DNA of 61,627 nucleotides, counting the filler. It is 4 parts of 4 records of this genome, joined end to end, with 100 filler letters (N's around TTAATTAATTAA, not from the genome) between each part and the next. Parts side by side here need not be neighbours in the genome. Positions count along the whole stretch, not along the records: positions 48,487 to 61,627 come from SRR31156797_1685; 3 more parts are not named here. One strand, written 5' to 3'. The translations under genes and the position numbers were made by a program. Below are positions 48,495-57,670 of this stretch, one piece after another (the first letter of the stretch is position 1; every line of letters begins with the position of its first letter). The notes under the pieces are model-generated. The model was not told where the DNA came from, did no database searches, and saw only the letters and a list, made by a program, of their open reading frames with translations.

Positions 48495-49589
48495 ATGCTA
48501 CCAGTTAATCTTAAACCTTATAAAGATGAATCATTTATATCATGGTTTTGTCGTACTTCATTTGAAAATGGGACTGATCCCAAAAGCTTAGCATTATCTA
48601 TTTGGAATGAAGATAGCTTACTCTATAGAGATTTAGATCGTTTCATTCCTGATAGACTAGTTTATGAATTTGCTAAGCAAACATATCTAGATTTTGAAGA
48701 TATTAAAAAATTAACTTTAGAACCATTAATTGACAAAGTAGATACATCTGAAAGTGAAAATCCTTATAAAAAATGGTATTTTGTTATACCATTTGGGCAG
48801 AAAGGAAAAATAAGAACAAATGGGATATATTTTTGTCCTGAATGTTTAAACTCTAAAATACCATTTATAAATAAATATTGGAGAATATCTTGGTATCTTA
48901 TCTGTCCTAAACATAAAAAACAACTTTTTTTAAATTGTCCTAAATGTAATCAAATATTTTCGCCAGAAAAACAAGATTACTTAAATCCACATATATATCT
49001 ATGTAGTAAATGCAAATATGACCTTAGAACAATTAATGCAAACCCTGTTAATGATGATTTATTAGCTTTTCAAAATAAATTAACTAATATTTTTTCAAAC
49101 ACAAAACAAAGTTTTTCTTTTCCACTTTTAGTTACAAAATCTAAGAAGGACCTATTTTTAACATTGAATATTCTTCTATCCTTTCTACATAAAATACTTA
49201 GGCAACCAATAAGATTTAGAACAATAATTGAATCACTTGATATTATTACAAAGCATAAATTTACTTCTATAAATAATGGAGTCTTTTCAAGATTAAATTA
49301 TCAGGATAGATATCTATTATTATATTACTGTGCTAAATTATTTCAATTCTCAACTGAAAAATTTATTAATACACTTAATGATAATCATATAACTCAAAAT
49401 ATTTTTCAACAAACTTTTAAAACGTTGTCACCTACGGTTAACTATATTATGACGCACTTATCAGACAAAAAACTACATAGAAATATCTCAAGAATAAAAA
49501 AAAGTATATTTCCACATAATCATGATGAAGTTCAAAAACTATTTGAAGAAATTAGACCTTTTTTAACCAATTATGACATCATTAAATAA
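48495..49589 (+). CDS. tniQ: TniQ family Tn7-like target-selection protein
   Basis: P..DES..SW..R...NG, RD.D, FCPECL....P.....WR.....C..H...L...CP.C and C..C zinc motifs. Confidence 0.9.
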   Translation: MLPVNLKPYKDESFISWFCRTSFENGTDPKSLALSIWNEDSLLYRDLDRFIPDRLVYEFAKQTYLDFEDIKKLTLEPLIDKVDTSESENPYKKWYFVIPFGQKGKIRTNGIYFCPECLNSKIPFINKYWRISWYLICPKHKKQLFLNCPKCNQIFSPEKQDYLNPHIYLCSKCKYDLRTINANPVNDDLLAFQNKLTNIFSNTKQSFSFPLLVTKSKKDLFLTLNILLSFLHKILRQPIRFRTIIESLDIITKHKFTSINNGVFSRLNYQDRYLLLYYCAKLFQFSTEKFINTLNDNHITQNIFQQTFKTLSPTVNYIMTHLSDKKLHRNISRIKKSIFPHNHDEVQKLFEEIRPFLTNYDIIK

Positions 49590-50175
49590 AATAAAAGAAA
49601 AGCTTCTTAATAACTTTAAAAAAGAAGATATAAAGCTATTAATATTTAAAAAATTCACTATTTATATTATAAAAGAAGTCGATGATAAAAGTATTGCTAT
49701 AAGTTATGCAGAAAAAATTATAAAATCTACATATAGCTATTTGATATATTGTAATAATTTTCAAAATAAACAACCAACTCAGACTTCATTAGAAGGTTAT
49801 TTATGGATATATTATTCACAAAAATATTTTCTAAAAAGATTTATAAATTATCTTATTAAATTCTATAAAATAGAACTAGATATTGCAAAAATTAAAAAAC
49901 CTGTATTCAAAAGACCTATGAAGTCACATCAAATATTAAAACAAAGAGTGATTTATATATTGAATACTCCAAACGATAAACATTTAACTCAAAAATATAT
50001 AATGGATGCTTTCATTGGTTATTTTCATTGGATTTTTATACCTTCTAATGTTTTTCTTAGTGTAAATAACATTAAAAAGAATAAGAACAATTGCTTCTTA
50101 AAAATTTCTGCTCATACACTTTTTTTACCAAAAGAAATTCTTAAAGTTAAATTCGATGATAAATCTATTAAGTGA
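49573..50175 (+). CDS. Putative TnsF/TniE-like protein, C-terminal part only
   Basis: Overlaps the tniQ stop by 17 bp; PTQ..L..YL....Q......FINYL...Y, YFH and terminal FLPK resemble my recollection of the Tn6022 TniE/TnsF C-terminus. Confidence 0.5.
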   Translation: MTSLNKIKEKLLNNFKKEDIKLLIFKKFTIYIIKEVDDKSIAISYAEKIIKSTYSYLIYCNNFQNKQPTQTSLEGYLWIYYSQKYFLKRFINYLIKFYKIELDIAKIKKPVFKRPMKSHQILKQRVIYILNTPNDKHLTQKYIMDAFIGYFHWIFIPSNVFLSVNNIKKNKNNCFLKISAHTLFLPKEILKVKFDDKSIK

Positions 50176-50195
50176 TACTAATGATTTTGATTTCA

Positions 50196-52109
50196 TCATG
50201 TTTGTATTTTTTTAATTTTTCTTTTAATATTGCTTTTTAAACCTACATATTCTTCTGTATTTTCATTATAAATATGTTTATATGTTTCGTATTTTACATC
50301 TAAACTCACAGGTTTAAATTTGTCTGTTAACTCATCTTTCTTAATATAATTTCCTCTATTTTTTATAATTTTCTCTAGAAGCTTTAATAAAGTATCATTC
50401 AATATCTTATTGAATTTATTAGCAATAAAAACTAATCCTGAATAATGTTCCTTTTCTTTTTTCCCTATTTCTAATAAATAGCAATATTTATTAATATTTA
50501 GTTCAATTTCAACAAGTAAATACTCTCTAAATCCTAATGTCTTTAACTCATTTTTCTCTCGTTCTTTTAGCGTATACCATCTATCTTTCAAGTCTTCTTT
50601 TTTTGAACCTGAATTTAATTTCATATCATAAAAATTTGAATTTGTAAATTTATTTTTTCTCTTAAAATCATTATCTAATATCTTATAGTTAATTAGAAAC
50701 GTTTCAGTTCTTAAGAGTTCTAAAGTTTCTATCACAACAGTAAAGAGTTTTTTTGTTGATATATTTGAGAAGCTTGCATAACCTGCTATTTGGGTCACTT
50801 TCATGTCTCCACTATCTCTTTGCTCTGCCTCAGATGCTTCCTTAATTTCTTCAATAGATTCAGTAATTTCTTTATTTTTAAAGTTTTCTCTATTATAACT
50901 ATATGGGTTTTCATTTTTAGACTCTTCATCTTCAACAACATTAGTTACTTCTTTGTCTATTATTTCATGGGAGTAAGAAAATTTACCATCATCAACTATT
51001 CTTACTTGGGTTTTCATTCTTTCAACAGATGTTCTTGTTCCAGGAATATTATTACTATCAATATCTAAAGATAATTCTAATACCTGTTGTCTAGATTCTT
51101 CTTGATTATCATTTTCTTCAATAGTATCATCATCTCCACTATTGTTTTCTTCAGCAGGCTTTACTCTTTCTTCTTGAATATTCTCTTTGATTTGCTTTGT
51201 GACTCCCTCTACCTTAATGTCGCTTGGAGTTTCCACCTCGTTAATTCTAAATACTAAAAAAACTTTTTTATTAAGCCATATTCCATCTGTTGTAATATGA
51301 AAAGAAGTTGGGTGATAAGGCAATACAATAGGATATCTTATGGGATAACTCCCATCTTTATCTCCTTCATCAAATTCTAAGCTTGTACTTAAGTATTTAA
51401 CTCTTTTTCTAGATACACTATTGAATTTTAGATAAGCCAAGAACTTAGCAGTTGAAATCTCCATTCTATTTTTTAGCCCAATAAAATATGTTGAATTCTC
51501 AATTTTTGTATTATCCATATCTATAAACTCATCAATTACTTTGTCAAAATCATATTGAAGTAATTTATGCTTTATAATTTTATTTTCTGGAGTATAAGTA
51601 GATACATATAATTCTATAGCTGGTATTAGTATCGTAATATCTCCATTTATTAACTTTACATATTTTGTTTTATTAATAAGTTTCATTTTATTCTGAAGAT
51701 AGTCTGCCAACTTTACTTTATAAATATTAGAAATAGAACTTTTTAAAGAATTAAGTATTTGGCTATAAGATATTGTTTCAGGTGGATACTCAATAAAATT
51801 AAAATCAAATTTTACACATTCTTCATAACTAAATTCATTGTAGTTATACCAGTTTTTTCTTACTAAATTTTTGTTCTTCCAAATGGAACCTAATCTTACA
51901 TCATCAAGTTCACCTATAGGAACATAAATAAGAATATCAGGTGTATCTATAATAAAATTACCAGTATTTAGGTCTACCTTTCTTAGTATTATTTGTACAT
52001 TGGGTACTTGAGATTTGTTTTCAAACTTCACAATTGCACCATATTTTAGAACTAAATAAAAAGAATCATCATTAGGTAGATTTTTAAATTTTTCTTTTAA
52101 ACTCTTCAT
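50196..52109 (-). CDS. Putative TnsE-like / Tn6022 orf4-like protein
   Basis: 637 aa, convergent on tniQ; YGAIVK..VP.V, R.GSIW, LIP.IE, FLA, G.W....FLV..I, then an acidic linker and a separate C-terminal domain. Confidence 0.45.
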   Translation of the reverse strand: MKSLKEKFKNLPNDDSFYLVLKYGAIVKFENKSQVPNVQIILRKVDLNTGNFIIDTPDILIYVPIGELDDVRLGSIWKNKNLVRKNWYNYNEFSYEECVKFDFNFIEYPPETISYSQILNSLKSSISNIYKVKLADYLQNKMKLINKTKYVKLINGDITILIPAIELYVSTYTPENKIIKHKLLQYDFDKVIDEFIDMDNTKIENSTYFIGLKNRMEISTAKFLAYLKFNSVSRKRVKYLSTSLEFDEGDKDGSYPIRYPIVLPYHPTSFHITTDGIWLNKKVFLVFRINEVETPSDIKVEGVTKQIKENIQEERVKPAEENNSGDDDTIEENDNQEESRQQVLELSLDIDSNNIPGTRTSVERMKTQVRIVDDGKFSYSHEIIDKEVTNVVEDEESKNENPYSYNRENFKNKEITESIEEIKEASEAEQRDSGDMKVTQIAGYASFSNISTKKLFTVVIETLELLRTETFLINYKILDNDFKRKNKFTNSNFYDMKLNSGSKKEDLKDRWYTLKEREKNELKTLGFREYLLVEIELNINKYCYLLEIGKKEKEHYSGLVFIANKFNKILNDTLLKLLEKIIKNRGNYIKKDELTDKFKPVSLDVKYETYKHIYNENTEEYVGLKSNIKRKIKKIQT

Positions 52110-52621
52110 GCATAAAGTTTAACATTTTAATTATAAATTAACTTATTTATTTTATTCTCTGCAAAAAAGTGTAGAGAGATAATTAGATTATGTATATACT
52201 TAATTTGTGCTAAAAGTTTATATTTGATTTCTTTTGTTTTTATAAATATGTAGCCTTTTTTCTAGAAACCTTTCACTTATAAATATAAATATTTTAAAAC
52301 TAAATGATTATCTCATGAAGACTGAATGAAAATTCTATATAAAATAAATTTCATCAAAAAGATATTGATAGTATAGATAATATCTTAATATGATATATTC
52401 CATTAACAAATAAAAAAGAATATCTTGATTTAATATATTATCCTCTATGTTTATTTTATTGTAAAAATAAACAAAGTAAGTCCATATCTTGTTATAAATT
52501 AAAATTAAATAATAAATTGAATAGAAACAGTTAATTAAAAACATATTAAAAAAGGAACTATTGATATTCTTTTTAAAGTATAAAGAAGCTATTATAAATC
52601 TTATAGAATAAGGAAGATATA

Positions 52622-54480
52622 GTGTTTAAATTAGATGGATTAAAGAGTTTATATATAAGAAATATAGCTCTAACAATATTATTTGCAGTTATAGTTACAA
52701 TAATAACTTCTATTGTAAATTATAATATAAAGTATATAGAAATCAATGAACAAATAAAAAAAGATGTAGAGTTTGATTCAAAAAAAATTAAATTATCAAT
52801 AAAAAGTTATTTAGACAATATTGAGAATACTATTGATGCAATATTAGTTAACAAAATTTTTACAAATTATTTACAGAAGAATACTGAAAAAGATAAAAAA
52901 TTAGTAGCAAGTTTATTTGAAAGTTTAATGTATAGTCATAAAAGTTTATTTCAATTGAGGTTTATTGATAAAGATGGTTTTGAAAAAGTTAGAATAGAAA
53001 AAGAAAGAAATACTGACTATATCTATGCTGTTCCTGAAGAATTATTACAAAATAAATCTAGTAGATATTATTTTAAAAAACAATTAAAAACAAAGAAGGT
53101 TCTTTTTATTATTCTAATTTAGATTTAAATGTAGAAAATAAAAAAATTGAATTACCATTAAGACCTACGATAAGAATTTCAACAAATGTTTTTTATAAAG
53201 GGAACTTTTATGGAATAATAATTGCCAATGTTGAAATGGATAATTTATTGTCAATAATAGAATCAAATAACAATTTTAATATTTATTTAGTAGACAATGA
53301 AGGAAACTTTATAATTCATCCAGAGAAGAAAAAAAGGTGGAATAAGTATTTAAGCAATGGACATACTGTTTTTTCAGAGTTTAATTCATCAAATACTTTA
53401 GAAACAATAAATACACAAACAGATAGATTTATATTTCCATTAAAAAGTTATTTTAAAAATGAGGAAGAAATAAAGCTAATATTAGAAGCTGAGAATGAAT
53501 ATGTAAATAATGTTAAAAATAGTAATCTAAAATATCTAATAATTCTTGCAAGTTCAATTCTTATTATTTCCATAGTACTTGGATTTATAATCTCAATTCC
53601 TATTTCAAAAATATATTTGAATTTTAACAAATTATACAAAGATAATCTAAGATTTATGGATATTATAGATAAATATGTTATTACAATGAATGTAGGATTG
53701 GATAAAAAAATTATTAGTGTAAGTACTGCTTTATCTAAAATTAGTGGTTATAAAAAAGATGAACTTATTGGAAAAGAACCATCTATATTAAAAAGTAATG
53801 ATACGTCTGTAGAATTATATAAAAATTTATGGAATAATATTTCAAATGGATTAGTATGGGAAGGAGAACTAAAAGATAAAGGTAAAGATGGTACTTCTTA
53901 TTGGTTAAAATCTATTATTTTACCTAATTTTAATGATAATAAAAAAATTACAAGCTTTACCTCAATAAGTGAAAATATTACAGATAAAAAAGTAATAGAA
54001 GAGTTGTCTCAAACAGATAAACTTACACAGTTAGCTAATAGATTTATGTTAGATAAATCTTTAGAAATTGAGTTTGAAAGATACAAAAGAACAGGAGAAG
54101 TTTTTTCTATTTTATTAATAGATATAGATAAGTTTAAAGAAGTTAATGACACTTTCGGTCACCAAGTTGGGGATGTAGTATTAATTGAATTATCAAAAAT
54201 ATTAAAAGAAAATTCAAGAAAAATAGATACAGTTGGACGATGGGGCGGTGAAGAATTTTTAATTATATGCCCTGATACAAAAAAAGTAGGAGCTTTATCT
54301 TTTGCAGAAAAAATAAGAAAAGAAGTGGAGTTTAATACTTTTACTTATGTAAAAAATAAAACAGTGAGTATTGGTTTAGCAGAGATTAATAACAATGATA
54401 CAATTTTAACACTACTTCAACGAGCAGATCAAAAACTTTATTTGGCAAAAGAAAATGGAAGAAATCGAGTAGAAAGTTAA
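52622..54480 (+). pseudogene. Cache-PAS-GGDEF diguanylate cyclase split by a 1-nt frameshift in an A6 run (53075-53080)
   Basis: Adding one A gives RYYFKKTIKNKEGSFYYSNLDLNVEN...RPTIR, colinear with the paralog's RYYFKKTKE...SNIDLNIEN...PTVR and in frame with ORF 53236-54480 (RKID I-site, GGEEF). Confidence 0.85.
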
Positions 54481-54485
54481 GGTTT

Positions 54486-57152
54486 ATGCATATTTCAAAA
54501 AACAAAAATATTTTTAAAAACAATATTAAGATAATTAAATATGTATTTATTTTATCTCTTTTATGTTTTGGAATTTTAATTACATTAATAACTCTTTATA
54601 TAAATTACTACTACCAAATTAATAAAATTTATTCAAATCTAAGAACAGAAGCAAAAAAAGAAGCTTCTGATAAAATAAAAAAAATAAATACTTATATTGA
54701 AAGTCACATAGATATAATTAATTCATTAAAAAACAATGAAATATTTAATAACTATATTAATAATTCAAATGATGATGATAATAAAAAAATAAATTTATTT
54801 TTATTTAGACAGGCAATAGAATCAAATAAAAGTATTATGCAATTAAGATTTATTGATAAAAATGGTTTTGAAAAAGTTAAACTTAAAAGAGACTCTAGAT
54901 TAAGTAAAATAAAAGAGATTGAAAATATTTTATTACAAAATAAAAAAGATAGATACTATTTTAAAAAAACTAAAGAATTAAGTGCTAATAAATATTATGT
55001 CTCAAATATAGATTTAAATATTGAAAATGGTGAAATACAAAAGCCCATAACTCCTACTGTTAGATTAGCTATTCCTATTAAAGAAAAAGGAAACTTTGAA
55101 GGAATAATTATATTAAATCTATTTGTAGAAAGGCTACTTAAAGAATTAGAAAAGTCAACTTATTTTAATACTTTTATTATTGATTCAAAGGGAAACTTGA
55201 TATTTGGTAAAAATAAAGAACAAGATTTGTCTTGGTCTCAACAATTAAAAAAAACTGTAAATATTGAAGATTATTTAGGAATATCTTTTGATAAGATTTT
55301 TGAAATGGATAACTATTATTCATCAATAATCTTTTCCAAAAAAATTAGTACAAATGTGATACATCATCAAAAACTATTCATGATACTTCAAGCAAAAGAA
55401 GAGTTGATTTACAATAATAAAGAAATCATCAAAAACAATATCCTAAAGATAGTTTTAATTATAGTCTTTTTGAGTATTATCATTGGTTTTTTACTATCTC
55501 TTATTCCTATAAATCAAATAAAAAAAGCTTTAAGCTTAGAAGATAAATTAGTTGATAATAAAAACTTACTAGATGAATATATAAAAGCAATGAATATTCA
55601 TAATATCATTTCAAAGTCAGATTTAAAAGGTAATATAACATATGTAAATGATAATTTTTCAAAAGTAACAGGATATCAAAAAGAAGAAGTACTAGGTAAG
55701 CCACACTCCCTTTTACGTTCAAAAGAAACTAAAAAAGAGACATTTATTGATCTCTGGCAAACTATACATAATAATAAAGTATGGACAGGCATTTTAAAAA
55801 ATAAGAAAAAAAATGGAGATTTCTATTTTGTAAATATTTCTATTGTTCCTATTACAAATAAAGAAGATGAAGTAATAGAATACGTTGGAATAAGACATGA
55901 AATCACAGAGTTAATAAAACAAAAAGAAGAAGTCTTATTTTCATTAAAAAATGATAATTTAACAAAATGCCCTAATCGGGTTAAACTCGTTGAGGATTTA
56001 GAAAAATCTGAGAAAAATAATTTAGCTGTTATTGATATTGATGATTTTTCTTCAATTAATGATTTTTACGGACATTTAATAGGAGATGTAGTAATTGTGC
56101 AATTTGCAAAACTTATTCAAAGCCTTTTAGATAAAAACTTTAAATTATATAGACTACATGCAGATAAATTTGCAATATTAAACAACTCTTTACCTAAAAA
56201 AGATTTTATTAAATTTATGAATCTAATAAATATAAAAATTGTTGATTCTAAAATAAATATTGATATTAAGTCTTTTGATATATCTCCTTCAATAGGAATC
56301 TCTTTTGAAAACAAATATGAATTGTTAATAACTGCAGAAATAGCAAATAAGCATGCAAAAAAGATAAATAAAGATGTATTTACATATCAAAAAAAATTTC
56401 AAATTGAAAGAGATGTAGAGGACAATCTTATTTGGATAGAAAAAATTAAACGCTCTATAAAAGAAAACAGAATAATTGTTCTTTATCAGCCAATTTATAA
56501 TAATAGAACTAATAAAGTAGAAAAGTATGAAGTATTAGTCAGACTTAAAGAAATTGATGGAAAATTAATTTCACCATATTATTTTCTAGAAATAGCAAAA
56601 AAATATAAACAATATACTAACTTAACAAAAAGAGTTATTGATCTTTCTTTTGAAAAATTCAAATATTCAAATTATGAATTTTCAATAAACCTCACTGTTG
56701 AAGATATTTTAAATGAAGAGATTAATGCGTATTTAATAAGAAAAATAAATGAGTATAATATAGGAAATAAATTAGTTATAGAATTAGTAGAATCTGAAAA
56801 TATTGAAAATTTTGATCAAGTTTTAAATTTTATGAACTTAATAAAAACATATGGTTGTAAAATAGCAATTGATGATTTTGGAACAGGTTATAGTAATTTT
56901 GAGTACTTACTTAGAATAAATGCAGATTATTTAAAAATTGATGGTTCTCTAATAGAAAATATTGATTCAAATAAAACCTCTAAAGATGTAGTTCAAACAA
57001 TAATAAACTTTGCTCATAAAATGGACTACAAAGTAATAGCAGAATATGTTTCTAACAAAAGTATATTTAATGAAGTAAATCAATTGGGTATTGACTATTC
57101 TCAAGGATATTATATTGGTGTACCTGATGAAGAAATTTTAAAAGAGAATTAA
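54486..57152 (+). CDS. Cache-PAS-GGDEF(degenerate)-EAL c-di-GMP phosphodiesterase
   Basis: Two TM segments, PAS, HADKF replacing GGDEF, EVLVR, DDFGTGYSN, KIDGS, AEYV, QGY. Confidence 0.92.
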   Translation: MHISKNKNIFKNNIKIIKYVFILSLLCFGILITLITLYINYYYQINKIYSNLRTEAKKEASDKIKKINTYIESHIDIINSLKNNEIFNNYINNSNDDDNKKINLFLFRQAIESNKSIMQLRFIDKNGFEKVKLKRDSRLSKIKEIENILLQNKKDRYYFKKTKELSANKYYVSNIDLNIENGEIQKPITPTVRLAIPIKEKGNFEGIIILNLFVERLLKELEKSTYFNTFIIDSKGNLIFGKNKEQDLSWSQQLKKTVNIEDYLGISFDKIFEMDNYYSSIIFSKKISTNVIHHQKLFMILQAKEELIYNNKEIIKNNILKIVLIIVFLSIIIGFLLSLIPINQIKKALSLEDKLVDNKNLLDEYIKAMNIHNIISKSDLKGNITYVNDNFSKVTGYQKEEVLGKPHSLLRSKETKKETFIDLWQTIHNNKVWTGILKNKKKNGDFYFVNISIVPITNKEDEVIEYVGIRHEITELIKQKEEVLFSLKNDNLTKCPNRVKLVEDLEKSEKNNLAVIDIDDFSSINDFYGHLIGDVVIVQFAKLIQSLLDKNFKLYRLHADKFAILNNSLPKKDFIKFMNLINIKIVDSKINIDIKSFDISPSIGISFENKYELLITAEIANKHAKKINKDVFTYQKKFQIERDVEDNLIWIEKIKRSIKENRIIVLYQPIYNNRTNKVEKYEVLVRLKEIDGKLISPYYFLEIAKKYKQYTNLTKRVIDLSFEKFKYSNYEFSINLTVEDILNEEINAYLIRKINEYNIGNKLVIELVESENIENFDQVLNFMNLIKTYGCKIAIDDFGTGYSNFEYLLRINADYLKIDGSLIENIDSNKTSKDVVQTIINFAHKMDYKVIAEYVSNKSIFNEVNQLGIDYSQGYYIGVPDEEILKEN

Positions 57153-57155
57153 GTT

Positions 57156-57581
57156 ATGAATTCTAAACTTACAATAGATCAAAAAATTAAACTTTTAAAT
57201 AAATTAAAAGAAGAAGAAATAGACTATGATCAATATGTATCTAAATTAATTATAGAGGATATTGATAGTAAATATAATTTTGAGAAAGGCTTTTACTATG
57301 ATACTTCTAAAAAAAGACTATATGATAAATATAACATGGAAGTTGATTTAACAAAAACAGAAACTAATTTACTTTATTTTTTAGTTGAAAAAAGAGACAA
57401 TATAGTATCTGTCAAAGATATTTTTGAAAACTGTTGGAGTGGGGGAAAAAATTTTTCAATCTATTCAATAAGAAATATTATTAGACAGATAAGAGTTAAA
57501 ACTTATCATAAAATAATAAAAAGTCATTCTGAATTAGGTTATTCTGTTAGTGTAAAAGAAAGATATTTATTATATTTGTAA
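57156..57581 (+). CDS. Stand-alone OmpR/PhoB-type winged-helix protein lacking a receiver domain
   Basis: LTKTE..LL..L.....IVS...I....W...SIRN.I..IR.K....I.S...LGY. Confidence 0.8.
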   Translation: MNSKLTIDQKIKLLNKLKEEEIDYDQYVSKLIIEDIDSKYNFEKGFYYDTSKKRLYDKYNMEVDLTKTETNLLYFLVEKRDNIVSVKDIFENCWSGGKNFSIYSIRNIIRQIRVKTYHKIIKSHSELGYSVSVKERYLLYL

Positions 57582-57630
57582 AAACTACTCTCACGATTCA
57601 ACTCAAAAGCAATATATATATATATTAAAT

Positions 57631-57665
57631 TGCTACAATAATTTATCAGCTGTTTAAAAAAGGAC
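57631..57665 (+). promoter_or_regulatory. Extended -10 promoter (TGCTACAAT) and AAGGA RBS
   Basis: TGnTACAAT at 57631-57639; AAGGAC just before the ATG at 57671. Confidence 0.55.
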
Positions 57666-57670
57666 TTTTT

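Larger units (their letters stand above)
48487..52109. mobile_element. Part of a Tn7-like transposon (target-selector module); tnsABC and element ends not seen in the window
   Basis: tniQ plus two associated ORFs; a TAA at the contig start, 5 nt before the tniQ ATG, fits an upstream operon gene. Confidence 0.75.

Noticed and set aside
47157-49589. Transposon inserted into or next to rny
   Set aside because: rny and tniQ are separated by an artificial linker, so the adjacency is not biological.
52335-52544. 69-aa minus-strand ORF
   Set aside because: Low-complexity I/Y/N/F composition typical of chance ORFs in AT-rich intergenic DNA.
48487-52621. CRISPR-associated transposon (CAST)
   Set aside because: No recognisable Cas motifs and no repeat-spacer array near tniQ within the window.
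52110-52621. Tn7-like right end or dif-like site
   Set aside because: I could not find repeated TnsB-binding sites ending in ACA, nor a convincing dif-like sequence.
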